The translations under genes were made by a program, and so were the position numbers. The notes under the pieces were generated by a model. That model had not been told where the DNA came from and made no database searches. It worked only from the letters and a program-made list of their open reading frames with translations. From Alphaproteobacteria bacterium (GTDB taxonomy: Bacteria > Pseudomonadota > Alphaproteobacteria > UBA828), in contig CBDCQT010000005.1 of NCBI GenBank assembly GCA_965220745.1, forward strand, positions 320,001-384,000: DNA of 64,000 nt, given 5' to 3'. Below are positions 53,631 through 62,030 of the stretch, piece after piece; within the stretch, counting starts at the first letter, position 1; each line of letters begins with the position of its first letter.

Positions 53631-53658
53631 GGGACACCGGGGGCAGCCCCAGTGCCCC
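53631..53658. terminator. Possible bidirectional hairpin between convergent genes
   Basis: Imperfect inverted repeat GGGACACCGGGG..CCCCAGTGCCCC fills the gap; no U-tract. Confidence 0.35.
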
Positions 53659-53659
53659 G

Positions 53660-54106
53660 TCAATAGGTGTTCAGCTTTTCGAGATTGCTCTTGCGCAGCT
53701 CGTCCTCGGTCAGGCCCAGATCGTAAGCCGGCGAGAGGATCAGTTCGGCTGCCGTCACGGCGATCTTCACGTAGGCGCCCATGCGGGGCCGGTACGGGCC
53801 CCACGCGGCTTCGAAGGCGTCTTCGAGCGCGCCATTGGCCTCGCTTGGGCTAACGATCGCGGCCGTGCCGGTGACCCGCACCGCTCTGCGGGTGACGACG
53901 TCGGTGAAGCAGACCTCGATCGCAGGATTGCGGCGCAGGTTCGCGACCGTTCCCGGCGAGCGGATATGGCCGAAGGCGAGGGTGCAGTCGTCCAGAATCA
54001 CGAACGTGGCCTTGGGCGAGACCGACGGCGTGCCGTCGGCGTTCACCGTCGCGACGGCGCCGGCGGAAAACCGCCCGATCAGCGTCTGCATCTCGTCGGT
54101 CAGCAT
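53660..54106 (-). CDS. Pyridoxamine 5'-phosphate oxidase-like FMN-binding protein
   Basis: VATVNADGTPSVSPK, SPGTVANLRRNP, SPAYD. Confidence 0.85.
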   Translation of the reverse strand: MLTDEMQTLIGRFSAGAVATVNADGTPSVSPKATFVILDDCTLAFGHIRSPGTVANLRRNPAIEVCFTDVVTRRAVRVTGTAAIVSPSEANGALEDAFEAAWGPYRPRMGAYVKIAVTAAELILSPAYDLGLTEDELRKSNLEKLNTY

Positions 54107-54129
54107 CGTGCTATCTCCACTGGCGGGAC

Positions 54130-54597
54130 CTACGGATTCGCGCCCCAGTCCGGGTCGTCGCTGGGCGCGGCCGGGGCCTCGCCGGCGAGCAGGCCCTTGC
54201 CCGGAATATGGTTGATCTCCAGGCGAATGCCATCGGGGTCCTCAAAGACCACGAAGTAGTAGCCGGGCGCCCACTCCCGCTCCATCGGCCCTCGGTCGAT
54301 TGCAGCCCCCATCGCGCGCAGCTTCGCCGCCGCCTTGTCGACGTCCTCGCGCGAACGCGCACGCAGACACAAATGGTGCAGACCCACCCGGCCCTGCACG
54401 AAGCGCTCACCCTTATGGTCCGGCGCCGCGCGCTGGATGCCGAGCGCGGTACGCCCGCCCACGTGATAGACGAAGTGGTTGCCGTCGAAGACCTTGTGCA
54501 TGCCGAGAAAGGGTAGCAGCTCGCAGTAGAACGCCCGCGCCTCGTCGAAGCGGCTTACGGTGAGCACGACGTGGGCCATGCCGTTGATCTCGATCAT
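54130..54597 (-). CDS. VOC/glyoxalase family protein
   Basis: AHVVLTVS, GLHHLCLRA, YYFVVFEDPDGIRLE. Confidence 0.88.
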   Translation of the reverse strand: MIEINGMAHVVLTVSRFDEARAFYCELLPFLGMHKVFDGNHFVYHVGGRTALGIQRAAPDHKGERFVQGRVGLHHLCLRARSREDVDKAAAKLRAMGAAIDRGPMEREWAPGYYFVVFEDPDGIRLEINHIPGKGLLAGEAPAAPSDDPDWGANP

Positions 54598-54676
54598 CGG
54601 GTTCCTCTGGATCGGCTATCGACGTGAAGACCGGGGCGGTCGGCACCGCTCAGAACCGCGATCACTGGTCTTTCGA

Positions 54677-55732
54677 TCAGGCGGCCTTGGACCCCAGCGG
54701 CTGACCGCCGCCGAGGCGGTTGAAGACTGCGAGCGACTCCTCGATCAGCGCCCGTTCCAACCCGCGCACGATAAAGACCACGCGGGATTGACGGCTCTCG
54801 TCCGGCCAGGCGTCGAGATGCATCGGTGGGTGGATGATGTGCTGCACGCCGTTGATGACGATCGGCGTGTCCACGCCCTCGACGTTCAATAGCCCCTTCA
54901 CCCGCAGGATGTTCTCACCGTGGGTGTGAAGCAGCATGGTGAGCCAGATGCCGAAGGCGGTCCAATCCACCGGCTCGTCATGGATCAGGCAGAAGGAATA
55001 GATGCTGGCGTCGTGACGGTTGACGTCGTGAACGTGGCCGTGCGCGTGAGGCGCCTCCGCCTCCGCTTCGATCCAGCGCAGCACTTCCTGGCCCTTTTCG
55101 GCGGGGTCGTAAACATCGGCGCGGAGCACGCGCTCCACATCGACCTCGCCATGCCGCCCGATCAGGAATTCGGCGGACGGGTTGATCTGGTCGAGGCGCT
55201 GCCTCAGGGTCTCCACCGCCTCCGCCTCGGCGATGTCGGTCTTGGTCAGCACGATGCGATCCGCCACCGCTGCCTGCTTGAGCGATTCCTCCTGGCGGTC
55301 GAGCTGGTCCAGGCCGTTCACCGCATCGACCGTCGTGATGATCGTGCCGAGGCGATAGTGGTAGCGGAGCGAGACGTCGTTCATCAGCGTCGCGAGGATC
55401 GGCGCAGGATCGGCGAGCCCGGTGGTCTCCACGATCATGCGCCGATAAGGCGGCACAAGGCCGCGCGCACGCTTGTCGTGAACCTCCGTGATCGCCTGCT
55501 TGAGGTCGTCGCGGATGGTGCAGCAGAGGCAGCCGCTGGAAAGAAGGACCGTGCTCTCGTCCACGGTTTCGACGAGCTGGTGGTCGATGCCGATCTCGCC
55601 GAACTCGTTGATGAGGACCGCCGCGTCGTCGAGCGAGGGATGCTTCAAGAGCTGGTTGAGCAGCGTCGTCTTGCCGCTGCCCAGGAAGCCCGTCAGCACG
55701 ATGATCGGCGTCAGTTCCGTGTAGGCGCTCAG
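54677..55732 (-). CDS. CobW/COG0523 metallochaperone GTPase
   Basis: LTGFLGSGKTT, NEFGE, GCLCC, ETTGLADP, His-rich linker, LRVKG; probable CTG start at 55732. Confidence 0.9.
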   Translation of the reverse strand: MSAYTELTPIIVLTGFLGSGKTTLLNQLLKHPSLDDAAVLINEFGEIGIDHQLVETVDESTVLLSSGCLCCTIRDDLKQAITEVHDKRARGLVPPYRRMIVETTGLADPAPILATLMNDVSLRYHYRLGTIITTVDAVNGLDQLDRQEESLKQAAVADRIVLTKTDIAEAEAVETLRQRLDQINPSAEFLIGRHGEVDVERVLRADVYDPAEKGQEVLRWIEAEAEAPHAHGHVHDVNRHDASIYSFCLIHDEPVDWTAFGIWLTMLLHTHGENILRVKGLLNVEGVDTPIVINGVQHIIHPPMHLDAWPDESRQSRVVFIVRGLERALIEESLAVFNRLGGGQPLGSKAA

Positions 55733-55777
55733 CGCGGTCTCTCCCTCGTGGCCTTCGCTACGGGGCGGGCGGCCCGG

Positions 55778-56662
55778 TCAGGCCGCGTCCTCGGCGGCGA
55801 CGCTGCCCTTGCGCCGGTGGCGCTTCGCCTCGTCGGCAACCGCCGACGCATCGGCATCGTAGACAAGGCGGTCTGCGCCCGCGAGCGCGACGAAGCGCTT
55901 GCCGCGCGCGCGACCGATCAGCGTGAGATTGGCCTGGCGGGCGAGCTCGACCCCCCAGGCGGTGAAGCCCGAGCGCGAGATCAGGATCGGGATGCCCATG
56001 GTCACCGTCTTGATGACCATTTCGCTGGTGAGCCGCCCGGTGGTGTACATGATCTTGCCGGAGGCCCCGATTCCGTTCTGGAACATGTAGCCCGCGATCT
56101 TGTCGATGGCGTTGTGCCGGCCGACATCCTCCATGTAGATGAGCGGCCGCCCTTCTTCGCACAGCACGCAGCCGTGGATGGCGCCCGCCGCGAGATAGAG
56201 GCTCGGCTGCATGTTGATGGCTCGGCTCAGCGCGTAGAGCCACGAGGTCTTGAGGCGGGCCTCCGGGTCCAGCACCGTCGTCTCGAAGCGCTCCATCAGG
56301 TCGCCAAATACCGTGCCCTGGGCGCAACCCGAGGTGAGCGTCTTCTTGCGCAGCGTCTCTTCGAAGTCGGTCTCGCGCCGGGTGCGAACGACGACTGTCT
56401 CGATGTCCTCGTCGTACTCGACGCCGGTTACCTCGTCGTCGTGGCGCAGCATGTTCTGGTTGAGCAGATAACCCAAAGCCAGATACTCAGGGTAGTCGCG
56501 GATCGTCATTACCGTGACGATCTCCTGCCCGTTGAGGAAGAGCGTCAGCGGCCGTTCCTCGACGACGCGAGCCTCGATCGCCGCGCCGTCTTGATCAACG
56601 CCGTCGAGCAGGCGCGTGAGATGCCCGTCGTCCGGGTCCGGCTTGACCACGAATGTTCGCAT
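55778..56662 (-). CDS. fdhD: Formate dehydrogenase accessory sulfurtransferase
   Basis: ERPLTLFLN, TSGCAQG, EDVGRHNAIDK, TGRLTSEMVIK. Confidence 0.93.
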   Translation of the reverse strand: MRTFVVKPDPDDGHLTRLLDGVDQDGAAIEARVVEERPLTLFLNGQEIVTVMTIRDYPEYLALGYLLNQNMLRHDDEVTGVEYDEDIETVVVRTRRETDFEETLRKKTLTSGCAQGTVFGDLMERFETTVLDPEARLKTSWLYALSRAINMQPSLYLAAGAIHGCVLCEEGRPLIYMEDVGRHNAIDKIAGYMFQNGIGASGKIMYTTGRLTSEMVIKTVTMGIPILISRSGFTAWGVELARQANLTLIGRARGKRFVALAGADRLVYDADASAVADEAKRHRRKGSVAAEDAA

Positions 56663-56771
56663 GGGGCGCAGGGTGCCACGGCCTTGCGCCGGGTTCCAGA
56701 ACCCTGCACCCGGCTCCTATTCCCGCAGGACTCTGCGATACTAGTCAGGATAGCGGTGGAGTCGCCGACTC

Positions 56772-58208
56772 ATGACACGCAAGACATCCCCGGCCGCGCC
56801 GCCGACGCCCGAGGCAGGCGAGGCGAACGCGCCCAACCGCATGTGGGGCGGCCGGTTCGAGGCATCGCCCGACGAGGTGATGGAGGCGATCAACGCCTCC
56901 ATCGATTTCGACCGCAGGCTCTACGCCGAGGACATCGCGGGCTCCATCGCCCACGTGACCATGCTGGCCAAGCAGGGGATCGTCTCGCTGGGGGACGCAG
57001 ACGCGATCGCGGACGGCCTGCGTCGGGTGCAGGCGGAAATCGAGGCCGGTGGCTTTCCCTTCGACCGCGCGCTCGAAGACATCCACATGAACATCGAAGC
57101 CCGGCTCGCCGCCTTGATCGGCCCGGCGGCCGGGCGCCTACACACTGCGCGCTCGCGCAACGACCAGGTTGCCACCGACCTGCGCCTCTGGCTGCGCGCG
57201 CGTCTCGACCAGGCGGACGAGGCATGCCACGCCCTTCAGGCCGCGCTTATCGACCGGGCCGAGGAGCACGCGGCAACGGTCATGCCGGGCTTCACCCATC
57301 TTCAGGTGGCGCAGCCGGTCTCCTTCGGCCATCACCTCCTGGCCTACGTCGAGATGATCGGGCGGGACCGCGGGCGCCTCGCCGACTGCCGCAAGCGGCT
57401 CAACGAATCGCCGCTCGGCGCCGCCGCGCTCGCCGGCACCTCGTTTCCCATCGACCGGGCCATGACCGCCGAGCTGCTCGGCTTCGATCGGCCCGCAGCC
57501 AATTCCATCGACGCGGTCTCAGATCGCGACTTCGTGGTGGAGGCGCTGGCGGCGGCGTCGCTGATCGCCATGCACCTCTCGCGCTTCGCGGAGGAGCTGG
57601 TGCTCTGGTCGAGCGCGCAATTCGGTTTCATCGCGCTCTCGGACCGCTTCTCGACCGGCAGCTCGATCATGCCGCAAAAGCGCAACCCGGATGCCGCCGA
57701 GCTGGTGCGCGGCAAGAGCGGGCGCATCGTCGGCGCGCTGATCGCCCTGCTGACCATGATGAAGGGCCTCGCGCTCACCTATTCGAAGGACATGCAGGAG
57801 GACAAGGAGCCTCTCTTCGATGCCTTCGATTCGCTCGCGCTCTGCCTCGCGGCAACGACCGGCATGGTCCGCGACATGACCGTGAACGCGGACGCGATGG
57901 CCCGCGCCGCCGGGACCGGCCATGCGACCGCCACCGACCTCGCCGACTGGCTGGTGCAGGAGGCCGGCATTCCCTTCCGGGAGGCCCACGCGATCACCGG
58001 GCGGATCGTGAAGCTCGCGGATGAGAAGGGCTGCGAACTCAAGGATTTGGCGCTGGCCGACCTGCAGGCCATCGAGCCTCGGATTACCGCCGACGTGGTA
58101 GCGTTGCTCGACCCCGCCACGGCCATCGCGCGCCGCACCAGCGAGGGTGGCACCGCGCCCAGCGAGGTCGCGAAACAGGTTGCCCGCGCCCGGCAGCGTT
58201 TCCTATAG
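56772..58208 (+). CDS. argH: Argininosuccinate lyase
   Basis: [41 protein letters not shown]. Confidence 0.97.
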   Translation: MTRKTSPAAPPTPEAGEANAPNRMWGGRFEASPDEVMEAINASIDFDRRLYAEDIAGSIAHVTMLAKQGIVSLGDADAIADGLRRVQAEIEAGGFPFDRALEDIHMNIEARLAALIGPAAGRLHTARSRNDQVATDLRLWLRARLDQADEACHALQAALIDRAEEHAATVMPGFTHLQVAQPVSFGHHLLAYVEMIGRDRGRLADCRKRLNESPLGAAALAGTSFPIDRAMTAELLGFDRPAANSIDAVSDRDFVVEALAAASLIAMHLSRFAEELVLWSSAQFGFIALSDRFSTGSSIMPQKRNPDAAELVRGKSGRIVGALIALLTMMKGLALTYSKDMQEDKEPLFDAFDSLALCLAATTGMVRDMTVNADAMARAAGTGHATATDLADWLVQEAGIPFREAHAITGRIVKLADEKGCELKDLALADLQAIEPRITADVVALLDPATAIARRTSEGGTAPSEVAKQVARARQRFL

Positions 58209-58256
58209 AAGCGCGCCCCGGCCGGTGTGCCGGGGCCGCCCGGAGGGCCGGATCAC

Positions 58257-58409
58257 ATGATACGCAAACTCAGCCTCCTGATGACGCTCATCGCCGCGAT
58301 CGGCCTGGTGGTTGCCTTGTCGAGCTGCGGCAGAAAGGGGCCGCTCGAGCCCCCGCCCGCCGAGGCTCACGTGCTGCCCCCAGCCGCACCTGCCACGTAC
58401 CAAGCCTGA
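58257..58409 (+). CDS. Small lipoprotein (LptM/YifL/LppL family)
   Basis: Lipobox LSSC followed by GRKGPLEPPP; conserved argH-lipoprotein-lysA order. Confidence 0.85.
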   Translation: MIRKLSLLMTLIAAIGLVVALSSCGRKGPLEPPPAEAHVLPPAAPATYQA

Positions 58410-58421
58410 CGGGCGCTTAAC

Positions 58422-59690
58422 GTGGACGCATTCGTCTATCGGCAGGAGAATGGCAGCCGCGTTCTCCACGCCGAGGGGGTCTCGCTTCCCGCCATCGCGG
58501 CGCAGTTCGGCACGCCCACCTATTGCTACGCGAACGCGGTTCTCGTCGCCCGCTACCACGCGCTCGCCCAGGCTGCGCCTAACGCGCTGGTCTGCTACGC
58601 GGTCAAGGCCAACGACACCCTCGCGGTGATCCGCACGTTCGCCCGCCTGGGCGCCGGCGCCGATATCATCTCGGGTGGCGAGCTGCGCGGCGCGCTCCGG
58701 GCCGGCATCGCACCGGATCGCCTGGTGTTCGCCGGGCCGGGCAAGACGCGGGACGAGATGGATCTGGCGCTCGCTACCGGAGTCGGGCAGTTCAACGTCG
58801 AATCCCCAGCCGAGCTTGAGGCCCTCGACGCAGCCGCCCGCGCCGCCGGCACACGTGCGCCGGTCGCGCTCCGCGTCAACCCGGACGTCGATGCCGAGAC
58901 CCACGACAAGATCGCCACCGGCCGGCGCGGCGACAAGTTCGGGATCGACGACGCGGAGATTCCGGCGCTTTACGCGCACGCTGCCGCGCTGGAGGGGATC
59001 GAGCCGGTCGGGCTTGCCGTGCACATCGGCTCGCAACTCTCGCGTCTCGCGCCGTTCGAGGCCGCTTTCGACCGGCTCATCGCACTGGTGGAGGGTCTGC
59101 GCGAGGCCGGACACCCGGTGACCCGGCTCAACCTCGGCGGTGGCCTTGGCGTGCGCTACCGGGACGAGACGCCGCCCGATATCGAGGCCTACGGCGCGCT
59201 GGTCGAGCGCGTCCGCCAGCGCCTCGGCGTGACGCTGGTGATCGAGCCCGGCCGCTGGCTGGTGGCGCCGGCGGGCGTCCTGCTCACCCGGGTGATTACG
59301 GTCAAGCAGGCCGGCGCGCGCTGCTGGGCGATCGTCGATGCCGCCATGAACGACCTGATGCGGCCCGCGCTCTACGACGCCTGGCATGGCATCGACCCGG
59401 TAGCGGAGCCTGCGCCCGGTGCCGGAACGGTCGAGACCGATATTGCCGGGCCGGTCTGCGAGAGCGGCGATGTGCTGGGCCGTGGACGGCAGTTGCCGCC
59501 GCTGGCCGCCGGCGACCTGCTGGCGGTGCGCGATGTCGGCGCCTATGGCTCGGTCATGGCATCGACCTACAACGGGCGGCCGCTGGCGGCCGAGGTCATG
59601 GTGCGCGGCGACGCGCTTGCCTGCATCCGGCCGCGCCAGGATCATGAGGCGTTGCTGGCGCGCGACGAGGTTCCGTCCTGGCTCGCTTGA
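58422..59690 (+). CDS. lysA: Diaminopimelate decarboxylase
   Basis: YAVKAN, HIGSQ, LGGG, EPGR, GPVCESGD, GAYG. Confidence 0.95.
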   Translation: MDAFVYRQENGSRVLHAEGVSLPAIAAQFGTPTYCYANAVLVARYHALAQAAPNALVCYAVKANDTLAVIRTFARLGAGADIISGGELRGALRAGIAPDRLVFAGPGKTRDEMDLALATGVGQFNVESPAELEALDAAARAAGTRAPVALRVNPDVDAETHDKIATGRRGDKFGIDDAEIPALYAHAAALEGIEPVGLAVHIGSQLSRLAPFEAAFDRLIALVEGLREAGHPVTRLNLGGGLGVRYRDETPPDIEAYGALVERVRQRLGVTLVIEPGRWLVAPAGVLLTRVITVKQAGARCWAIVDAAMNDLMRPALYDAWHGIDPVAEPAPGAGTVETDIAGPVCESGDVLGRGRQLPPLAAGDLLAVRDVGAYGSVMASTYNGRPLAAEVMVRGDALACIRPRQDHEALLARDEVPSWLA

Positions 59691-59716
59691 GGGCTAATCC
59701 GCCGCGGCGTGCCGCG

Positions 59717-60334
59717 CTAATCCTCATCATCGGCGACGAAGCCGACCGAAACTTTCGCTGCTCCCTCCGGCGGATTCTCGAGCCAGCTCTCGAAGGGTGT
59801 CGATTGTCCACCATCAAGAACCCGCGCGAGCGCCGCCACCGGCCACCGATGCAGCGTGGAGCCCGTCTCGTCCGCAAGCGTCGCGCGGAGCGGCGGCAGC
59901 CTGCGGCCCTTCTCCGTGGTGTTCTGCACGAGGCCGCGCACGAGCAGAATGATCCTGTCGCCGTCCTTCACCCGTTCCGACTGCACGTCGACGATGCGCA
60001 GGCCTTGCGCCTGCGGGGCCTGGACCGGCAGGCCGACGGCATCGTAGATGCTGACCGTGCCCGGCCAGCTCGTGACGATCGCGTTGCGCGCGAGTGCAAG
60101 GCCTGCGAGGGCGGCAATCACGAAGAGCCCTGCCGCGGCCCAGCCGGCCCATGCCGGCGGGCGATCCAGCGGCACCGGAGCCACCCTCGAGTCGGATACG
60201 TCGGGCGTATCGGTGCCCGGCGTCTGGTGCCAGACATGGCCGCAGTTCGTGCATCGCACCCGGCGCCCCGCTTCGCCGAGGGCGGCCGGATCGACCAGGT
60301 AGCGGGTCCTGCAAGCAGAGCAGCGTACGATCAT
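59717..60334 (-). CDS. MJ0042-type zinc-ribbon membrane protein (DUF3426-like C-terminus)
   Basis: CSACRTRY..GRRVRCTNCGHVW, one TM segment, C-terminal beta-rich domain. Confidence 0.85.
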   Translation of the reverse strand: MIVRCSACRTRYLVDPAALGEAGRRVRCTNCGHVWHQTPGTDTPDVSDSRVAPVPLDRPPAWAGWAAAGLFVIAALAGLALARNAIVTSWPGTVSIYDAVGLPVQAPQAQGLRIVDVQSERVKDGDRIILLVRGLVQNTTEKGRRLPPLRATLADETGSTLHRWPVAALARVLDGGQSTPFESWLENPPEGAAKVSVGFVADDED

Positions 60335-60482
60335 GGGGAGCCGCGCGGGCGTCCTCTCTTCGAATCACGGCCTGTCACACGAGCATTCCGACCAAGTCAC
60401 TTCGCAGCCCGCCCTGTCAACCCCAGCGCTCGGATGCGCGGGAAGACTGCACACCGCCCTGCCGCCCAAGCGGCGGCCCGAC

Positions 60483-61172
60483 GTGGAGGCTAAGCCCTCT
60501 CCGGCCCTTCGGCGATGGACGCGCCGCACCGCGCGCGCGGTGCTCGTGGCGGTCGTGGTTCTCGCGCTGCTCTGGTCGGGCGGGCTGGCGTGGTTCGCCG
60601 ACACGGCGGGCGAGGGGACCCAACAACCCGATCTCGCGACCGAGGCAATCGTCGTCCCGACCGGGGGCTCCGGCCGGTTGGAGGAGGGGCTGCGCCTGCT
60701 CGAAAGCGGGCTCGCGCAGGCGCTCTTCGTCACCGGCGTCGCCGAAGGGGTCGAGAGCGCGGAGCTGCGCGCGCGCCACGATCCGGCGCTCTGGGCCTGC
60801 TGCGTGGAGCTCGGCTACCAGGCCGAGGATACCGCCGCGAATGCGCAGGAAGCGGCGGCGTGGATGGCGGCCCGCGCTTTCACGAGCCTCCGCCTGGTCA
60901 CGAGCGGCTACCACATGCCGCGCGCCATGATGGAGTTCCGAAGCGCCATGCCAAGTGCTACTCTCGTGGCACATCCTGTATTTCCGGAACACGTCAAGGT
61001 CGAGCATTGGTGGCGCTATCGCGGGACCGCGGCCCTGATCGCGAGCGAGTTCACCAAGTATCTGTGGGCACTGGCGCGCCGGACTCTCGGGTTTGGCAAA
61101 CGCCGCCGCACACCCTTGGGAACACGCTCCGCTCGGTGCTCTGCACGGTCGCATTCTACACCTGGGGGGTGA
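60483..61172 (+). CDS. YdcF/DUF218 family protein
   Basis: IVVPTGGSGRL, DTAANAQE, LVTSGYHMPRA, EFTKY; start uncertain. Confidence 0.85.
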   Translation: MEAKPSPALRRWTRRTARAVLVAVVVLALLWSGGLAWFADTAGEGTQQPDLATEAIVVPTGGSGRLEEGLRLLESGLAQALFVTGVAEGVESAELRARHDPALWACCVELGYQAEDTAANAQEAAAWMAARAFTSLRLVTSGYHMPRAMMEFRSAMPSATLVAHPVFPEHVKVEHWWRYRGTAALIASEFTKYLWALARRTLGFGKRRRTPLGTRSARCSARSHSTPGG

Positions 61173-61876
61173 TGATCGGCACCGTGATGGTGCCGATGCT
61201 GCTGACGCCGCGCCCCTTGTTCCGCCGCTTCGTGGTCACCTGGTCTGCCGGTAACGGCGTCCTGCTCCGCATCATCGCCGGCGTCCATTCCGAGATTCGG
61301 AACCGCCAGTACAGGCCCACCGGCGCCGCCATCATCGCGTCCAAGCATCAGTCGGAGTGGGAGGCCCACGTCTTCCTGCACGAGCTCGACGACCCCGCCT
61401 ACGTGATCAAGAAGGAGCTCTCCTACGTTCCAGGCTACGGCTGGTTTTCAGCCAAGGTGAACATGATCTTCGTCGACCGCGAAGGTGGCGGAAAGTCGCT
61501 GCGAGCGTTGGTCAAGGGCGCGAAGAAGGCCGTGGCACGCGGCCGTCCGGTCGTGATCTTCCCCGAGGGCACGCGGGTGAAGCCGGGGGAGAAGCTGCCC
61601 TACCGGCCCGGCGTCGCCGCGCTCTACGGCGCTCTCGACGTGCCGGTCGTGCCGGTGGTTCTCACCTCGGGCATGCACTGGCCCAAGGGCTCCATCCGGC
61701 GCTATCCCGGCACCATCGTCATGGAGTATCTGCGGCCGATCCCGCCGGGGTTGCCGCGGCGGGAATTCCTGGAACGCCTCGAGTCTTCGATGGAGGAGGC
61801 ATCGCAGAGGCTCTTCGCGGAAGCCTGTGGCGCCCCGCAGGATGAGCCCTCCTCCTCACAGTCCGACGCGGCCTGA
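61064..61876 (+). CDS. plsC: 1-acyl-sn-glycerol-3-phosphate acyltransferase
   Basis: SKHQSEWE, KKEL, FVDR, IFPEGTR; start uncertain (see finding). Confidence 0.85.
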   Translation: MGTGAPDSRVWQTPPHTLGNTLRSVLCTVAFYTWGVMIGTVMVPMLLTPRPLFRRFVVTWSAGNGVLLRIIAGVHSEIRNRQYRPTGAAIIASKHQSEWEAHVFLHELDDPAYVIKKELSYVPGYGWFSAKVNMIFVDREGGGKSLRALVKGAKKAVARGRPVVIFPEGTRVKPGEKLPYRPGVAALYGALDVPVVPVVLTSGMHWPKGSIRRYPGTIVMEYLRPIPPGLPRREFLERLESSMEEASQRLFAEACGAPQDEPSSSQSDAA

Positions 61877-62030
61877 CCTACACGCCCGTCTCGCTGATCG
61901 TATCGTCGCTGGTTCGCACCATATTGAACGAAGAGCCCAGTGCGGGTAGAGTGTGCGTTGTGAGAAACAAAGAAAGAACATCTGAGCGCTTCGAGCCGGT
62001 GAGCGTTCGCACGGCAGCGGCTGGCGCGTC

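Noticed and set aside
54920-58024. 1034-aa ORF and other long ORFs such as 11824-14349, 13962-16541, 1918-3888 and 61878-63962
   Set aside because: Antisense or off-frame shadows of well-supported genes in high-GC DNA; no recognisable motifs
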